Below are positions 30,165 to 45,694 of a stretch of DNA of 64,000 nt, in pieces; within the stretch, counting starts at the first letter, position 1; every line of letters starts with the position of its first letter. The position numbers were made by a program, and so were the translations under genes. A model generated the notes under the pieces. It did no database searches. It saw only the letters and a program-made list of their open reading frames with translations, and was not told where the DNA came from. Source of the DNA: Eledone cirrhosa (Eukaryota); the NCBI GenBank assembly GCA_964016885.1, contig OZ024760.1, positions 23,188,001 to 23,252,000 on the forward strand, in the 5' to 3' direction.

Positions 30165-30510
30165 ATCATCATCATCTTCCACATCATAATCATAGGCCTA
30201 CACATCCTCATCTTCTGCTCTTCATACTCATCATCGTAAACATACTCACATCATCTTTATCATCATTCTTATCATCATCATCATCACTATGATCCCCATC
30301 ATCACCATCATCATCACCATCATCAACATCATCATCACCATCATCACCAATATCACCATCATCATCATCATCTTCATCACCATCTTCATCACCTCCATCA
30401 TCACTATCATCACCATCATCTTCATCGCCATCCTTATCGTAATCATCACCATCACCACCATCATCACTACCATCACCATCACCATCATCACCACCACCAT
30501 CATCACCATC
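30165..30510. repeat. (CAT/CAC)n tract
   Basis: Direct reading of the sequence. Confidence 0.9.
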
Positions 30511-30571
30511 ACAGACATATATATGTATACATATACAGATATATATATATCTGTATACATATATGTATATG

Positions 30572-30603
<32 letters not shown>

Positions 30604-30621
30604 CACATATATATGTATACA

Positions 30622-31578
30622 TACACCACATACACCACACACCACACCACACACGCACCACACACACACCACACCACACATACCACACACCACACCACAC
30701 ATACACCACACGCACACCACACCACACAACACACACCACACCACACATACACCACACACACACCACACCACACAACACACACCACACCACACATACACCA
30801 CACACACACCACACCACACAACACACAGCACACACACCACACATACCACACACCACACCACACACATTCCACACACCACACACACACCACACACACCACA
30901 CATACCACACACCACACCACACACATACCACACACACACCACACCACACACACACCACACAACACACACCACACAACACACACCACACAACACACACCAC
31001 ACACCACACCACACACCACACCACACACCACACCACACACACACCACACACCACACACCACACACACAACACACACACACACCACACACACTACACACCA
31101 CACACCACACACACCACACACACACCACACACACACACACCACACACACCACAAACCACACCACACATACCACACACACACCACACACACCACACACACA
31201 CCACACACACCACAAACCACACCACACATACCACACACCACACCACACACACCACACACCACACACACCACACCACACACCACACTACACACCACACACC
31301 ACACACACACCACACACACACCACACACACACCACACACACACACCACACACACACCACACACACACACCACACCACACACCACACACCACACACCGCAC
31401 ACACACACACCACACACCACACACTACACACCGCACACACACACACCACACACCACACACACCACACTACACACCACACACACACACCACACACACACCA
31501 CACACACACACCACACACACACCACACACACACCACACACACACCACACAGACACCACACACACACCACACACACACG
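30622..31578. repeat. (CACAC/CACCA)n tract
   Basis: Direct reading of the sequence. Confidence 0.92.
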
Positions 31579-31831
31579 TGTGTGTGTCTATATGTGACTA
31601 TAGGTTTCATATTTTCTACTATTTTAAGCCGTGTCATTTACTACGTGTCTACAGTCAAATTTGTTAATGTTTTTAGGCGGCTAATTAAAATAAATACCGC
31701 ATTCCTCTACATTTCTGTCAAACACCTAAATTACCTGTTCAGACAAACATTTTTGATAAACTCATTAGTTTTAGTATATTTAGTCAGTCATTTTACCCCC
31801 TCTCTTTCTCTCTCTGTCTCTCTTTCTCTCA

Positions 31832-31874
<43 letters not shown>

Positions 31875-31887
31875 CCTCTCTCTCTCT

Positions 31888-31923
<36 letters not shown>

Positions 31924-32036
31924 GTATAGATTTTTTGATTTTTTATCTCGTTTATATCTTTGTTTATATTTTGTTAACTTTCTCTCTCTCACGCATTTCC
32001 ATCCATGTCCCCCTCTCAATATATTCATGAATAAAT

Positions 32037-32089
<53 letters not shown>

Positions 32090-32164
32090 TTGTTTGTATA
32101 AATATATATTTATATATGTGTGTGGGTGTGTGAATATATACATGAATATATACATATATATGTG

Positions 32165-33815
32165 TGTATATATATATACATAAATATATATATATATATT
32201 ATATATATATACATAAATATATATATATATATATATTATATATATTATATATATTATATATATATTATATATATATATATATTATATATATTATATATAT
32301 ATTATATATATATATATATATATTATATGTATATTATATATATATATATATATTATATATATATATATTAAATATATATATATATTATATATATTATATA
32401 TTATATATATATTGTATATATATTATATATATATTATATATATATATTATATATATATTATATATATATTATATATATATTATATATATATTATATATAT
32501 ATATTATATATATATTATATATATATTATATATATATTATATATATATTATATATATATATTATATATATATATTTTATATATATATTATATATATATTA
32601 AATATATATTTTATATATATATTTTATATATATATTTTATATATATATTTTATATATATATGTTATATATATATTATATATATATTTTATATATATATAT
32701 TATATATATATTTTATATATATATTTTATATATATATTTTATAAATATATTTTATATATATATTTTATATATATATTTTATATATATATGCTATATATAT
32801 ATTTTATATATATATTTTTTATATATATTTTATATATATATTTGATATATATATTTGATATATATTTTATATATATATTATATATATATTATATATATAT
32901 TATATATATATTATATATATATATTATATATATATATTATATATATATTATATATATATTATATATATATTATATATATATTATATATATATATTATATA
33001 TATATATTTTATATATATATTATATATATATTATATATATATTATATATATATATTATATATATATTTTATATATATATTATATATATATTATATATATA
33101 TATTATATATATATTTTATATATATATTATATATATATTATATATATATTATATATATATTTTATATATATATTTTATATATATATTTTATAAATATATT
33201 TTATATATATATTTTATATATATATTTTATAAATATATTTTATATATATATTTTATATATATATTTTATATATATATGCTATATATATATTTTATATATA
33301 TATTTTTTATATATATTTTATATATATATTTGATATATATATTTGATATATATTTTATATATATATTATATATATATATTATATATATATATTATATATA
33401 TTATATATATATATTATATATATATATTATATATATTATATATATATATTATATATATATATTATATATATATATTATATATATATTATATATATATTTT
33501 ATATATATATATTATATATATATTTTATATATATATTTTATATATATATTTTATATATATATTTTATATATATATTTTATATATATATTTTATATATATA
33601 TTTTATATATATATTTTATATATATATTTTATATATATATTTTATATATATATTATATATATATATTTCATATATATATTTTATATATATATTTTATATA
33701 TATATTTTATATATATATTTTATATATATATTATATATATTATATATATATATTATATATATATATATTATATATATATTATTTATATATAATATATATA
33801 TATATATATAAAATA
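32165..33815. repeat. Almost pure A/T tract of 9-15-bp units (TATATATATTA, TATATATATTTTA)
   Basis: Direct reading of the sequence. Confidence 0.93.
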
Positions 33816-33816
33816 T

Positions 33817-34055
33817 ATGTAGGTGAATAATATTGTAGAACAATAAAACTATGCATATTCAGATAAGTAGCACTCAACAGTTGGTAGAACTGGAGTATAT
33901 ATTAAAGAAGAAATTAAAAGATGGTTAAAGAAGTACATATATTGTATTATGCGCATTTCGAAAACATCATTTTGTCCCACGATGATTTTGTTTTCGAAAT
34001 GCGCATAATTAAATATATGGAACTTTTTTATCAATCTTTTAATTTCTTCTTTTAT
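33817..34055. mobile_element. Family A-related foldback with its apex inside hammerhead stem II
   Basis: TATGCGCATTTCGAAAAC..GTTTTCGAAATGCGCATA; CTGATGA absent. Bulged hairpin on the minus strand at 33870-33896. Confidence 0.72.
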
Positions 34056-34206
34056 ATATATATATATATATATATTAATTATATATATATATTTCTATAT
34101 CTTCCTCTGCAACTCTCTTTCTATTTCACCCTTGCTCTCTCTCTCTCTTTCACCCTTGCTCTCTGTATCTGTATCACCCTTGCTCTCTCTATCTCTATCT
34201 CTCTCG

Positions 34207-34251
<45 letters not shown>

Positions 34252-34349
34252 GCTCTCTCTCTCTCTCTCTCTCTTTCGCTCTCTCTCTCTCTCTCTCTCT
34301 CGCTCTCACTATCTCTCTATCTCTCTCTCTCGCTCTCACTATCTCTCTC

Positions 34350-34415
<66 letters not shown>

Positions 34416-34479
34416 CCTAGAAAGGCATAACATTAGGGATGACTGATCCGGAGATCATAACAGTATGAAACTCACTTTC

Positions 34480-34700
34480 ACTCTCACAGTCTCTCTCCCT
34501 CACAGTCTCTCTCCCTCACAGTCTCTCTCCCTCACAGTCTCTCTCCCTCTCAGTCTCTCTCCCTCACAGTCACTCTCCTTCAGTCTATCCCTCACAGTCA
34601 CTCTCCTTCAGTCTCTCTCTCACAGTCTCTCTCCTTCAGTCTCTCTCCTTCAGTCTCTCTCCCTCAGTCTCTCCCTCACAGTCTCTCTCTCCCTCACACT
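34480..34700. repeat. ~14-16-bp CACAGTCTCTCTCCCT minisatellite
   Basis: Direct reading of the sequence. Confidence 0.85.
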
Positions 34701-35249
34701 CCCCCTCTCTTTCTATCTCTGTCTCTATATGCTTCTCTCTCTTTCCACACACTCAGAGTAAAACAAAAAGTCTCACAGAAACATTCACGCATAGAGAAAA
34801 TCGCACACATAAACACATATACACACACACAATCCGCACACACATCCGCACACACATTAAAACAAAGAGAAAGTCGCACGCATAAACACAGACATACACA
34901 CACATATTAACAGGAACAGAAATTACTACACATAACCACACTAACACATACAGACAAACATATGCACAAGCACATACCCCCACACACACACCACATTCAC
35001 ACATACACAAAATCGCACAGATAAACACAGATATATACACATGCACACACATTAACAGGTTCAGAAAGCGCACACATAAACACACATAAACACACATACT
35101 GACACACACACACACACGCACGTGCGCACACATAAACACACACATTAACAGGAACAGAAATGCCCACACATAAACACACATACTGACGCAAACGATCAAG
35201 CACCCACTCACACACATACATACTCACATACAGAAAATTGCACACATAA

Positions 35250-35285
<36 letters not shown>

Positions 35286-35730
35286 AACATCGCACACAGA
35301 GAACATCGCACACATTAAAAGGAACAGAAATCCCCACATATAAACACACATACATATTAACCAATTAAGAACTCTACGCACTCTAAACCAACCACACACA
35401 ACCACCCTCATAAATATATTTAATTTGCGTTTTTAATTTATTGCTTCACATTTGCTTAGAGGCCATTGATTTAATAATGTTTATATTATCAAATGTTTGT
35501 TTGTCTTTGGCCATACTGGGATATATATAAATATATATATATATGAGAGAAAGAGAGAGAGAGACGGTGAAAAATATATATATATATGTATCTATTAATA
35601 TATTTATATATATAGAGAGAGAAAGTGAAAAATATACATATATATGTGTATGTATTATAAACATATTCATATATAGAGAGAGAGACGGTGAAATAAAAAA
35701 AATATACATATGTATATATACGTATGTATG

Positions 35731-35768
<38 letters not shown>

Positions 35769-35942
35769 TTTATTATGAATATTTATATACATGTAGAGAG
35801 AGTGTGTAAATATATATATACATACATGCATATATATATATATATTATGAATATATTTTATATAGGGAGAGAGACGGTGAAACATTATATATATATACAT
35901 ACATGTATATATATATATTTATATATAGGAAGAAAGACGGTG

Positions 35943-36020
<78 letters not shown>

Positions 36021-37724
36021 AAAGGAAAAATATCGAAAATGCAACTGGAATCTTTTTAAGAATATTTCCTCGTTTCCTTTACCGGTTTCACAGTTCTTAT
36101 GCTTTTCAAATATAGAATTGAGATGGGTTTGTGGTTTTTCTCGCATATATGTACATTTCCAAATTATACATATTTCTATGTGGTATTGTGAGTATGTATA
36201 TATACATTACCATCGTAGTAGGGAACAAAGATTTGTTATTAAACTTTATTTTAAGATTTGATGGTATGTGTGAGTCTTCTTCAGCTACAGCCGCTATTTG
36301 CATGAACGGTAACCAATTGTATTCTGTTACACCCTTAATATTGCGCTATTAACACTGTTTCAATGTTCTATAACATTTAGATATAATTGGATTAGACGTT
36401 ACTTCTTGGAATTACCTTAGATATCACGATACGAATGTCGCTTGAACAGTGTTTAGGCTGAACATTTAATAAGATGACCAAGATACTCTCATGGAATGAC
36501 CAAATAAAGTTTATTTTTCAATATAGTCCATGGAAAGAAACACTGCAGTTATTCATGTGAAGAGTTGAAATTAATTGTTTTTACTTTTGACACAAGGCCA
36601 GCAATTATACCAGTGCATTACTGGTACTTTATTTTAGTGAAGAGTTGAAATTAATGCATCAAGATTTCACAGCTTTATTATCTCTTCTTCCATGTCAGCC
36701 TTTGACCAAGATGCGTTCATGGAATGACCAAATCTACACTAACAGCAACAACAACACCAACAACAACGACATCAACAACGTCACCAACGACATAAACAAC
36801 AACGACATCAACAACGACATGAACAACATAATCAACATCAACAACATCTAAATCAACATCAATATCAACAACAACATAATCAACAGCAACATAAACAACA
36901 TTAATAGCAACAATAACAAAATTGAAAAAATTATCAACAACAACGACATCAACAACAAAGTCAACAACATCAACAACATGATAATTAATAACAGCACCTA
37001 GAGCGAAAACATAAACAATTTGAACATGACCACAATAATTACAAAAATATATACACTCCGCCTCTACAAAACCATCAACACCGCCATCAATGTTACTACA
37101 ACTACGTTCTCTCAAAGCACGTATGATTCAATGTTTAACACAGATATCATCACCATTTGTTCCTGTTCCGCAGTCCAAACACTCCCAAACTTTAGGCTCC
37201 CAGCCATCACCTTTTAGCCTTTTCTCTCCATTTCTTTTGTGGCCCAAAAGTCCTTGCTTTTTCCCTCCCTTTTCTGGCTTTATAGCTTTCAAAGTCATTT
37301 CCTCTATTTCCCATACAACCAGATATGTCCTTGCTTTCCACTTCCCTTTTTTTTCTCATTACTTAATTTTGTTTTTATCTTTCTATTTCATATTTATGTA
37401 ATTATGCAAGGTTTTTAAGCCAACTTTGTCAGTGAAACACATGTATTGAGAATAAACCTTTATTAAGCTGTTTAAAAAGATTGAAGAACAAAACCAAATA
37501 CATTAGCATAATAATAATAATCATCATCATGATCATCATTATGATTATCATTGATTATCATTATCATTATCATCGCTGCAGTTAGAACCAACACGTATCA
37601 GTAATACACTGGGGTATTTGCTGGCCTTGTCAAAAGTAGAAACAATTATCATAATTATCATCATCATCATCATCATTGTCATCATCATTATTATCATCAA
37701 CAATAACATCATCATCATCACTCG

Positions 37725-38690
37725 CAACGACAATAACAACCACACTATTAACGACATCAACACTAACAACATTATCAACCAAAACACCATCAGTCACAAC
37801 AATAACAACCACACAATTAACGACATCAACAAGATTAACAACATTATCAACCAAAACAACACCAGTCACAACAATAACAACCACACAATTAACGACATCA
37901 ATACATTATCAACCAAAACAACAACAACATCAGTCACAACGACAATAACAACCACACAATTAACGACATCAACACTAACAACATTATCAACCAAAACAAC
38001 ATCAGTCACAACAATAACAACCACACAATTAACGACATCAACAAGACTAACAACATTATCAACCAAAACATCAGTCACAACAATAACAACCACACAATTA
38101 ACGACATCAACACTAACAACATTATCAACCAACACAACAACATCATCAGTCACAACAATAACAACCAACAACCACACAATTAACGACATCAACAAGACTA
38201 ACAACATTATCAACAAAACCAACATCAGTCACAACGACAACAACCACACAACGACATCAACACTAACAACATTATCAACCAAAACAACATCAGTCACAAC
38301 AATAACAACCACACAATTAACGACATCAACAAGACTAACAACGTTATCAACAAAAACATCAGTCACAACAATAACAACCACACAACGACATCAACCAAAA
38401 CAACATTATCAACCAAAACAACATCAGTCAAAACAACCACACAATTAACATCAACACTAACAACATTATCAACCAAAACAACATCAGTCAAAACAACAAC
38501 AACATCAGTCAAAACAACCACACAATTAATGACATCAAAAAGACTAACATTATCAACCAAAACAACAACAGTCACGACAACAACAACCACACAATTAACA
38601 TCAACAAGACTAACATTATCAACCAAAACAAAAACATCATCATCATCAGTCACAACAATAACACCTACAACAATACCATCATCAGTCACA
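37725..38690. repeat. AAC-rich minisatellite, ~62-70-bp unit (CAGTCACAACAATAACAACCACACAATTAACGACATCAAC..ACATTATCAACC)
   Basis: About 14 degenerate units. Confidence 0.88.
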
Positions 38691-38919
38691 ATGTGAACAA
38701 TGGCGACATAAACATCAATAACAACGTTATCATCAGATTTACAGAAGACTGTAATTGTCCTTTAAGTCTTGACAGCTCCATTGAGGGGAGCTGTCTTCGG
38801 AATTGGTGGAATATTTAAATTATTCTCGGTTTAGAATAATTTAAATATTTGAACTGAACTTGTAAAGATATATAGAGAAAGAGGAGAGAGGGAGGGAGAT
38901 AATGGTGGTAGGGAGGATC

Positions 38920-39345
38920 AAGGAGAGACTGAGAGAGCCGTCTGGGAAGACATGGAGACAGACATGGAAAGAGAGAGGGAGGGAGAGAGAGATATGCAGG
39001 GAGAGAAAATGAGAGATAGGGAGAAACAAGGAGAGACTGAGAGAGCCGTCTGGGAAGACATGGAGACAGACATGGAAAGAGAGAGGGAGGGAGGGAGAGA
39101 GAGATATGCAGGGAGAGAAAATGAGAGAGAGGGAGAAACAAGGAGAGACTGAGAGTGCCGTCTGGGAAAACATGGAGACAGACATGGAAAGAGAGAGGGA
39201 GGGAGAGAGAGATATGCAGGGAGAGAAAATGAGAGAGAGGGAGAAACAAGGAGAGACTGAGAGAGCCACCCAGGAAGATATGAAGACAGACATGGAAAGA
39301 GAGAGGGAGAGACAATAAGAGATAGGGTGAAACAAGGAGAGATAG
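38920..39345. repeat. GA-rich ~108-bp tandem unit, about 4 copies
   Basis: CAAGGAGAGACTGAGAGAGCCGTCTGGGAAGACATGG recurs. Confidence 0.88.
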
Positions 39346-39519
39346 GAAGAGGGAGGGAGAGAAAAAGAAAAGATAGGGAGAGTGAAGGGGAGAAAGAGAG
39401 GGTTGGGAGCCACTAGTAGAGACTGAGGGAGGCGGGACAGGGAGACATAAGATATACATGATGTGACAAAGATAGGCAAGGAGAGAGGAGAGATAGGGAG
39501 AGACGTGGGAGATATGGAG

Positions 39520-40720
39520 AGGTAGGGAGAGAATTATAGGAGAGGTAGGAAGAGAAAAAAGAGAAACAGGGAGAGACAATGAGCGGTAGGGAGAGAAAAA
39601 TCGAGAGATGGGGAGACAGAGTTATAGGAGAGGTAGGGAGAGAAAAAAGAGAAACAGGGAGAGACAATGAGCGGTAGGGAGAGAAAAATCGAGAGATGGG
39701 GAGACAGAGTTATAGGAGAGGTAGGAAGAGAAAAAAGAGAAACAGGGAGAGACAATGAGCGGTAGGGAGAGAAAAATCGAGAGATGGGGAGACAGAGTTA
39801 TAGGAGAGGTAGGAAGAGAAAAAAGAAACAGGGAGAGACAATGAGCGGTAGGGAGAGAAAAATCGAGAGATGGGGAGACAGAGTTATAGGAGAGGTAGGA
39901 AGAGAAAAAAGAGAAACAGGGAGAGACAATGAGCGGTAGGGAGAGAAAAATCGAGAGATGGGGAGACAGAGTTATAGGAGAGGTAGGAAGAGAAAAAAGA
40001 GAAACAGGGAGAGACAATGAGCGGTAGGGAGAGAAAAATCGAGAGATGGGGAGACAGAGTTATAGGATAGGTAGGAAGAGAAAAAAGAGAAACAGGGAGA
40101 GACAATGAGCGGTAGGGAGAGAAAAATCGAGAGATGGGGAGACAGAGTTATAGGAGAGGTAGGAAGAGAAAAAAGAGAAACAGGGAGAGACAATGAGCGG
40201 TAGGGAGCGAACAATCGAGAGATGGGGAGACAGTTATAGGATAGGTAGGAAGAGAAAAAAGAGAAACAGGGAGAGACAATGAGCGGTAGGGAGAGAAAAA
40301 TCGAGAGATGGGGAGACAGTTATAGGATAGGTAGGAAGAGAAAAAAGAGAAACAGGGAGAGACAATGAGCGGTAGGGAGAGAAAAATCGAGAGATGGGGA
40401 GACAGAGTTATAGGAGAGGTAGGAAGAGAAAAAAGAGAAACAGGGAGAGACAATGAGCGGTAGGGAGGGAAAAATCGAGAGATGGGGAGACAGTTATAGG
40501 ATAGGTAGGAAGAGAAAAAAGAGAAACAGGGAGAGACAATGAGCGGTAGGGAGAGAAAAATCGAGAGATGGGGAGACAGTTATAGGAGAGGTAGGAAGAG
40601 AAAAAAGAGAAACAGGGAGAGACAAGGAGCAGTAGGGAGAGAGAGGGAGAGAGAGTTATAGGAGAGGTAGGGAGAGAAAAAGAGAAAACAGAGAAACAGG
40701 GAGAGACAGTTATAAGAGAG
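39520..40720. repeat. Purine-rich 86-88-bp tandem array, about 12-13 copies
   Basis: GTTATAGGAGAGGTAGGAAGAGAAAAAAGAGAAACAGGGAGAGACAATGAGCGGTAGGGAGAGAAAAATCGAGAGATGGGGAGACA. Confidence 0.93.
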
Positions 40721-41040
40721 GTAGGGAGAGAGAAAAGGGTCGGAGTGAGAGAGTTATAGGGGGAATAGACTCTAAGCACTGAGAATATATTTTTTATTGA
40801 ATGTAACTCCTGGACATATATAGTTAGTGTGATAGTAGACAAAACAAACAAGGAATATAAGCCCCTGGGGGCAGATAAAGGCTCAGTGTGTTCGGTAGGA
40901 CTCGATCATTCAACTGTCTTTATACAACATTAATTTCCGTATTTAATGGATGTTCGAGTATCTGGGAAATATATATATATTTTCCTTCTGATATTGTTGG
41001 GTTTTACTGAGCTAGGTGTAACTTAATAAACTAGACAAAT

Positions 41041-41222
41041 AATTGTTTCTACTTTAGGCACAAGGCCAGCAATTAACCAGCACATTACTGGTACTTTATT
41101 TTATCGACCCCGTAAGGATGAAAGGCAAATTTAACCTCGGCGGGATTTGAACTCAGATCATAAAGGGACGTAACTCTATGCTAGAAAGCATGGCGTCCAA
41201 CGCTCTACCAATACTGCCAATC
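41041..41222 (-). mobile_element. Meta-domain SINE
   Basis: Reverse complement of the SINE seen at 18748-18932. Confidence 0.88.
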
Positions 41223-41227
41223 AAAGA

Positions 41228-41383
41228 CGTTTGGACGGCTAATTCAGGAGAATTAGCCGTCGAAACGGCTTGAGCCCAGCCGTGGGGGTCTGACTGGTTC
41301 CTATTACCCACTCTACTACCCTAAGTATTGAGTACTTTGGTGCGTTATGGTCCACCTGGTTCCTTACCACATTTCCTTCGTTA
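41228..41383 (+). mobile_element. Family C element with an 18-nt 5' foldback
   Basis: CGTTTGGACGGCTAATTC-AGGA-GAATTAGCCGTC-GAAACGGCT-TGAGCCC-AGCCGT; hairpin ACTC..GAGTAC at 41310-41335. Confidence 0.78.
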
Positions 41384-41428
41384 TATATATATATATATAA
41401 ACATATATATATATATATATATAAATAG

Positions 41429-41461
<33 letters not shown>

Positions 41462-41520
41462 TATATATATATAAACATATAAATAGATATATATATATAT
41501 ATATATATATAAACATATAA

Positions 41521-41567
<47 letters not shown>

Positions 41568-41823
41568 AACATAAATAAATAGATATATATAAATATATAT
41601 ATATATGTATATATATATATAAACATATAAATAGATATATATAAATATATATGTATATATATGTATATATATATAAAAACATATAAATATATGTATATAT
41701 ATGTATATATATAAATATATATGTATATATATGTATATATATATAAAAACATATAAATATATATGTATATATATGTATATATATATAAAAAAATATAAAT
41801 AGATATATATAAATATATATGTA

Positions 41824-41914
<91 letters not shown>

Positions 41915-41979
41915 CAACTGTAACATGAGATAAAGTGCACCTACTTCACTAATAGCAACAACAACAGAAAGATCTTTTA

Positions 41980-43052
41980 AACAACAACAACACCGCCAAT
42001 GTGATCACTACAACTAATTGTAACTCCTACCCTCACCTCCGCCATTACCACCACCAGTAACAGCACCGTCACCTCCGCCATTACCACAACAGCAACACCA
42101 ACAGCAACATCACCACCACCACCACCACCACCACCACCAGTAACAGCACCAACAACATCACCACCACCAGCACCACCACCAGCACCATCACCACCACCAG
42201 CACCACCAACAGCAACATCACCAGCACCAGGAACACCACCACCAGTAACAGCACCATCACCACCACCATCACCACCAAAATCAACATCACCACCAGCGGC
42301 AACAGCACCACCACCATCACCACCAACAGCACCACCAACAGCAACATCACAACCACTAGCAACAGCACCACCACCAGTAACAGCACCATCACCACCAGTG
42401 TAACAATAACAACGGTAACAACAACATGAATAACAAGTGTAACAACAATAATAAATACAACCATAACAACAAAAATAACAGATAATAACAACAACAGCGG
42501 CAACAACCTTAACAACATAGGTAATAACAATAACAACTAGAACAAAGGTAGTAACAATAACAACAACCAGAACAACAACGGTAATAACAATAACTAGAAC
42601 CATAACAACAACCAGAACAACAAAGGTAATAACAACAAAAACAATAATAAAAACAATAACAACCATAACAACAACAAAGGTAATAACAACAAAAACAATA
42701 ATAAAAACCATAACAACCAGAACAAGTAATAAGAACAATAACAACCATAACAACGATAACAACACAGGTAATAACAATAAAAACAATAATAAGCACCATA
42801 ACAACCAGAACAAGTAATAACAATAAGAACAATAACAACCATAACAATCATAACAATATCAACAAAGGTAATAACAACAAAAACAATAACAACCATAACA
42901 ACAACCACGGTAATTACAAAAACAATAATCATAAAAATAGCAACTATAACAAACACAAAAAAAAAACTAACAAGTAATAACAATACAAACAATAACAACA
43001 ATAACCATAACAACAACAACCAGCACAACAAATGTAACAACAACAACGACAG
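41980..43052. repeat. (CAC/CAG)n tract grading into (AAC/AAT)n
   Basis: Direct reading of the sequence. Confidence 0.9.
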
Positions 43053-43253
43053 CAATTATGTTTACAAATGTAAAGTGATGTTTTTTTCTCCATGTTATTG
43101 TTTACACAAGATTAATTTCCGTTTTCAAAGAATGTTGTCGACATTTCTAATTAGCGAGTTAATCACACTTTCATATACAACACGTTTTAATACACCCACC
43201 ATTAATATATATGCAAGAATATACGTATACATACGCACAATGGGGTATGTGTA

Positions 43254-43295
<42 letters not shown>

Positions 43296-43314
43296 AATAC
43301 ACATATATATACAC

Positions 43315-43346
<32 letters not shown>

Positions 43347-43432
43347 GCATATACATATATGTATATGCATATATATATATGCATATACATATATGTATAT
43401 GCATATATATATATGCATATATATATATATGC

Positions 43433-43481
<49 letters not shown>

Positions 43482-43620
43482 AATATATACATATATAAAT
43501 ATATACATATATACATATATAAATATATACATATATAAATATATACATATATAAATATATAGCTATATACATATATAAATATATACATATATAAATATAT
43601 ACATATATAAACATATTTAC

Positions 43621-43663
<43 letters not shown>

Positions 43664-43693
43664 AATTATATATATATACATATATACACACAC

Positions 43694-43724
<31 letters not shown>

Positions 43725-44169
43725 GAATTGTGCTTGAGTGTAAATTGTATATATAAACACACTTATAAGTATGTATGTTCGGCTGTGGGTGCGCTTTTTA
43801 CTTGCTGTGTTTGTGGCTTGCAGGTACGCATCGGATCTCCGTCGATTTCGGCGCTGTTTGATGCAGTTCTTTGATGAATGGATCAATCTTCTGAAGATTT
43901 CTTCAAGACTTACTCTAAGATAAAATAGAAAAGATGACCCTCAAGCCCCTATGATCCAGAGACGATCATTCTAAATAATAATGACACATTCATCACCCCC
44001 CCCCCCTCTCTCGGACACCACCGCCCCACACGCAGAACTTGTATGTCACTCTCTATCGCTCTATATCGCTCCTTCTCTCCCTCTCTCTTTTTCTCTTTCT
44101 CTCTTACTCTCTATACATGTGTATATATATATATACACATATATATATATATATTTATATGCATGTATG

Positions 44170-44211
<42 letters not shown>

Positions 44212-44562
44212 TATTTATATGTATGTATATATGTGTATATAAATATATATATATATATACATACAGGTATATGTATATGTATTTTTGGATACATACATGT
44301 ATATGAGTGTGTATGTATGTATATATATATTATATAATATAAATATATATAATATATATATACTATATATAAATATATATACTATATATAAATATATATA
44401 TATAATGTATATATATAATATAAATATATATAATATATATATACTATATATAAATATATATATATAATGTATATATATAATATATATATATAATGTATAT
44501 ATTATATATATATATAATATATATATAAATATATAATATATATATATAATGTATATATATAA

Positions 44563-44602
<40 letters not shown>

Positions 44603-44961
44603 TATAAATATATAATATATATATATAATGTATATATATAATGTATATATTATATACATATATATATATAATATATATATAAATATATAATATATATATA
44701 TAATGTATATATATATAATGTATATATTATATATGTATATATATAATGTATATATTATATATATATATAATGTATATATATAATATATATATATAATATA
44801 TATATATATATAATATATATAATAATAATAATAAATTTGAAGACTAAAATCGAAATATATATATATATATATAATGTATATATAATATATATATATATAT
44901 AATATATATAATAATAATAATAAATTTGAAGACTACAATCGAAATATATATATATATATAT

Positions 44962-44995
<34 letters not shown>

Positions 44996-45427
44996 CGAGT
45001 GAGAGTGAGAGAGACTATAAGATAACCTACGTATCACAGCTGGCTTGTGTCCGAACGAAAGCCAGAAAGCTAGTCGTATCGATACAATAATTCTATGTAT
45101 GTCTATCTAATTAAATTACTCCCATCAGATACTCCAGAATCTTTGGAACCAAAACCTTAACTGTTAATACAAATGTATTGCCATATACCTTTCTCAATTT
45201 GACAGCATATATATTTATATACATGTCCTTGCGTGCACGTCATTGCATTGGTGAGATTGCGAAGACGCACCATGCTGTGATGTTCCTTATCCAAGCTTTC
45301 CTTATTTTAGTTTTGTATTCATGTTCCCTTATAGACAAAAGTCTATCCCCATTCTTATTATCCTCAATGTACATGTCATTCTGTTACGTGCATTATGAAT
45401 GTATATATAATATATATATATATATAT

Positions 45428-45625
45428 GAACCAGTAAAACCCCGACGGCTGAGCTCAAGCCGTTTCGACGGCTAATTCTGGACGGCTAATTCCAGAATTA
45501 GCCTTCGAAACGGCTTGAGCTCAGCCGTCGGGGTCTTACTGGTTCCTATTACCCACTCAACTACCCTAAGTATTGAGTACTTTGGTGCGTTATGGTCCAC
45601 CTGGTTCCTTACCACATTTCCTTCG

Positions 45626-45628
<3 letters not shown>
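45428..45628 (+). mobile_element. Family C element with a ~53-nt 5' foldback
   Basis: 45428-45480 is the reverse complement of 45492-45545. GAAACGGCT-TGAGCTC-AGCCGTC. Hairpin at 45555-45580. Confidence 0.8.

Positions 45629-45690
<62 letters not shown>

Positions 45691-45694
<4 letters not shown>

Noticed and set aside
30208-31929. His/Thr-rich or Cys/Val-rich 350-550-aa ORFs
   Set aside because: They arise from (CAT)n, (TA)n and (CACAC)n tracts.
37618-38448. Thr-rich mucin-like ORF
   Set aside because: The frame shifts between repeat units and it starts inside a SINE tail; this is a minisatellite.
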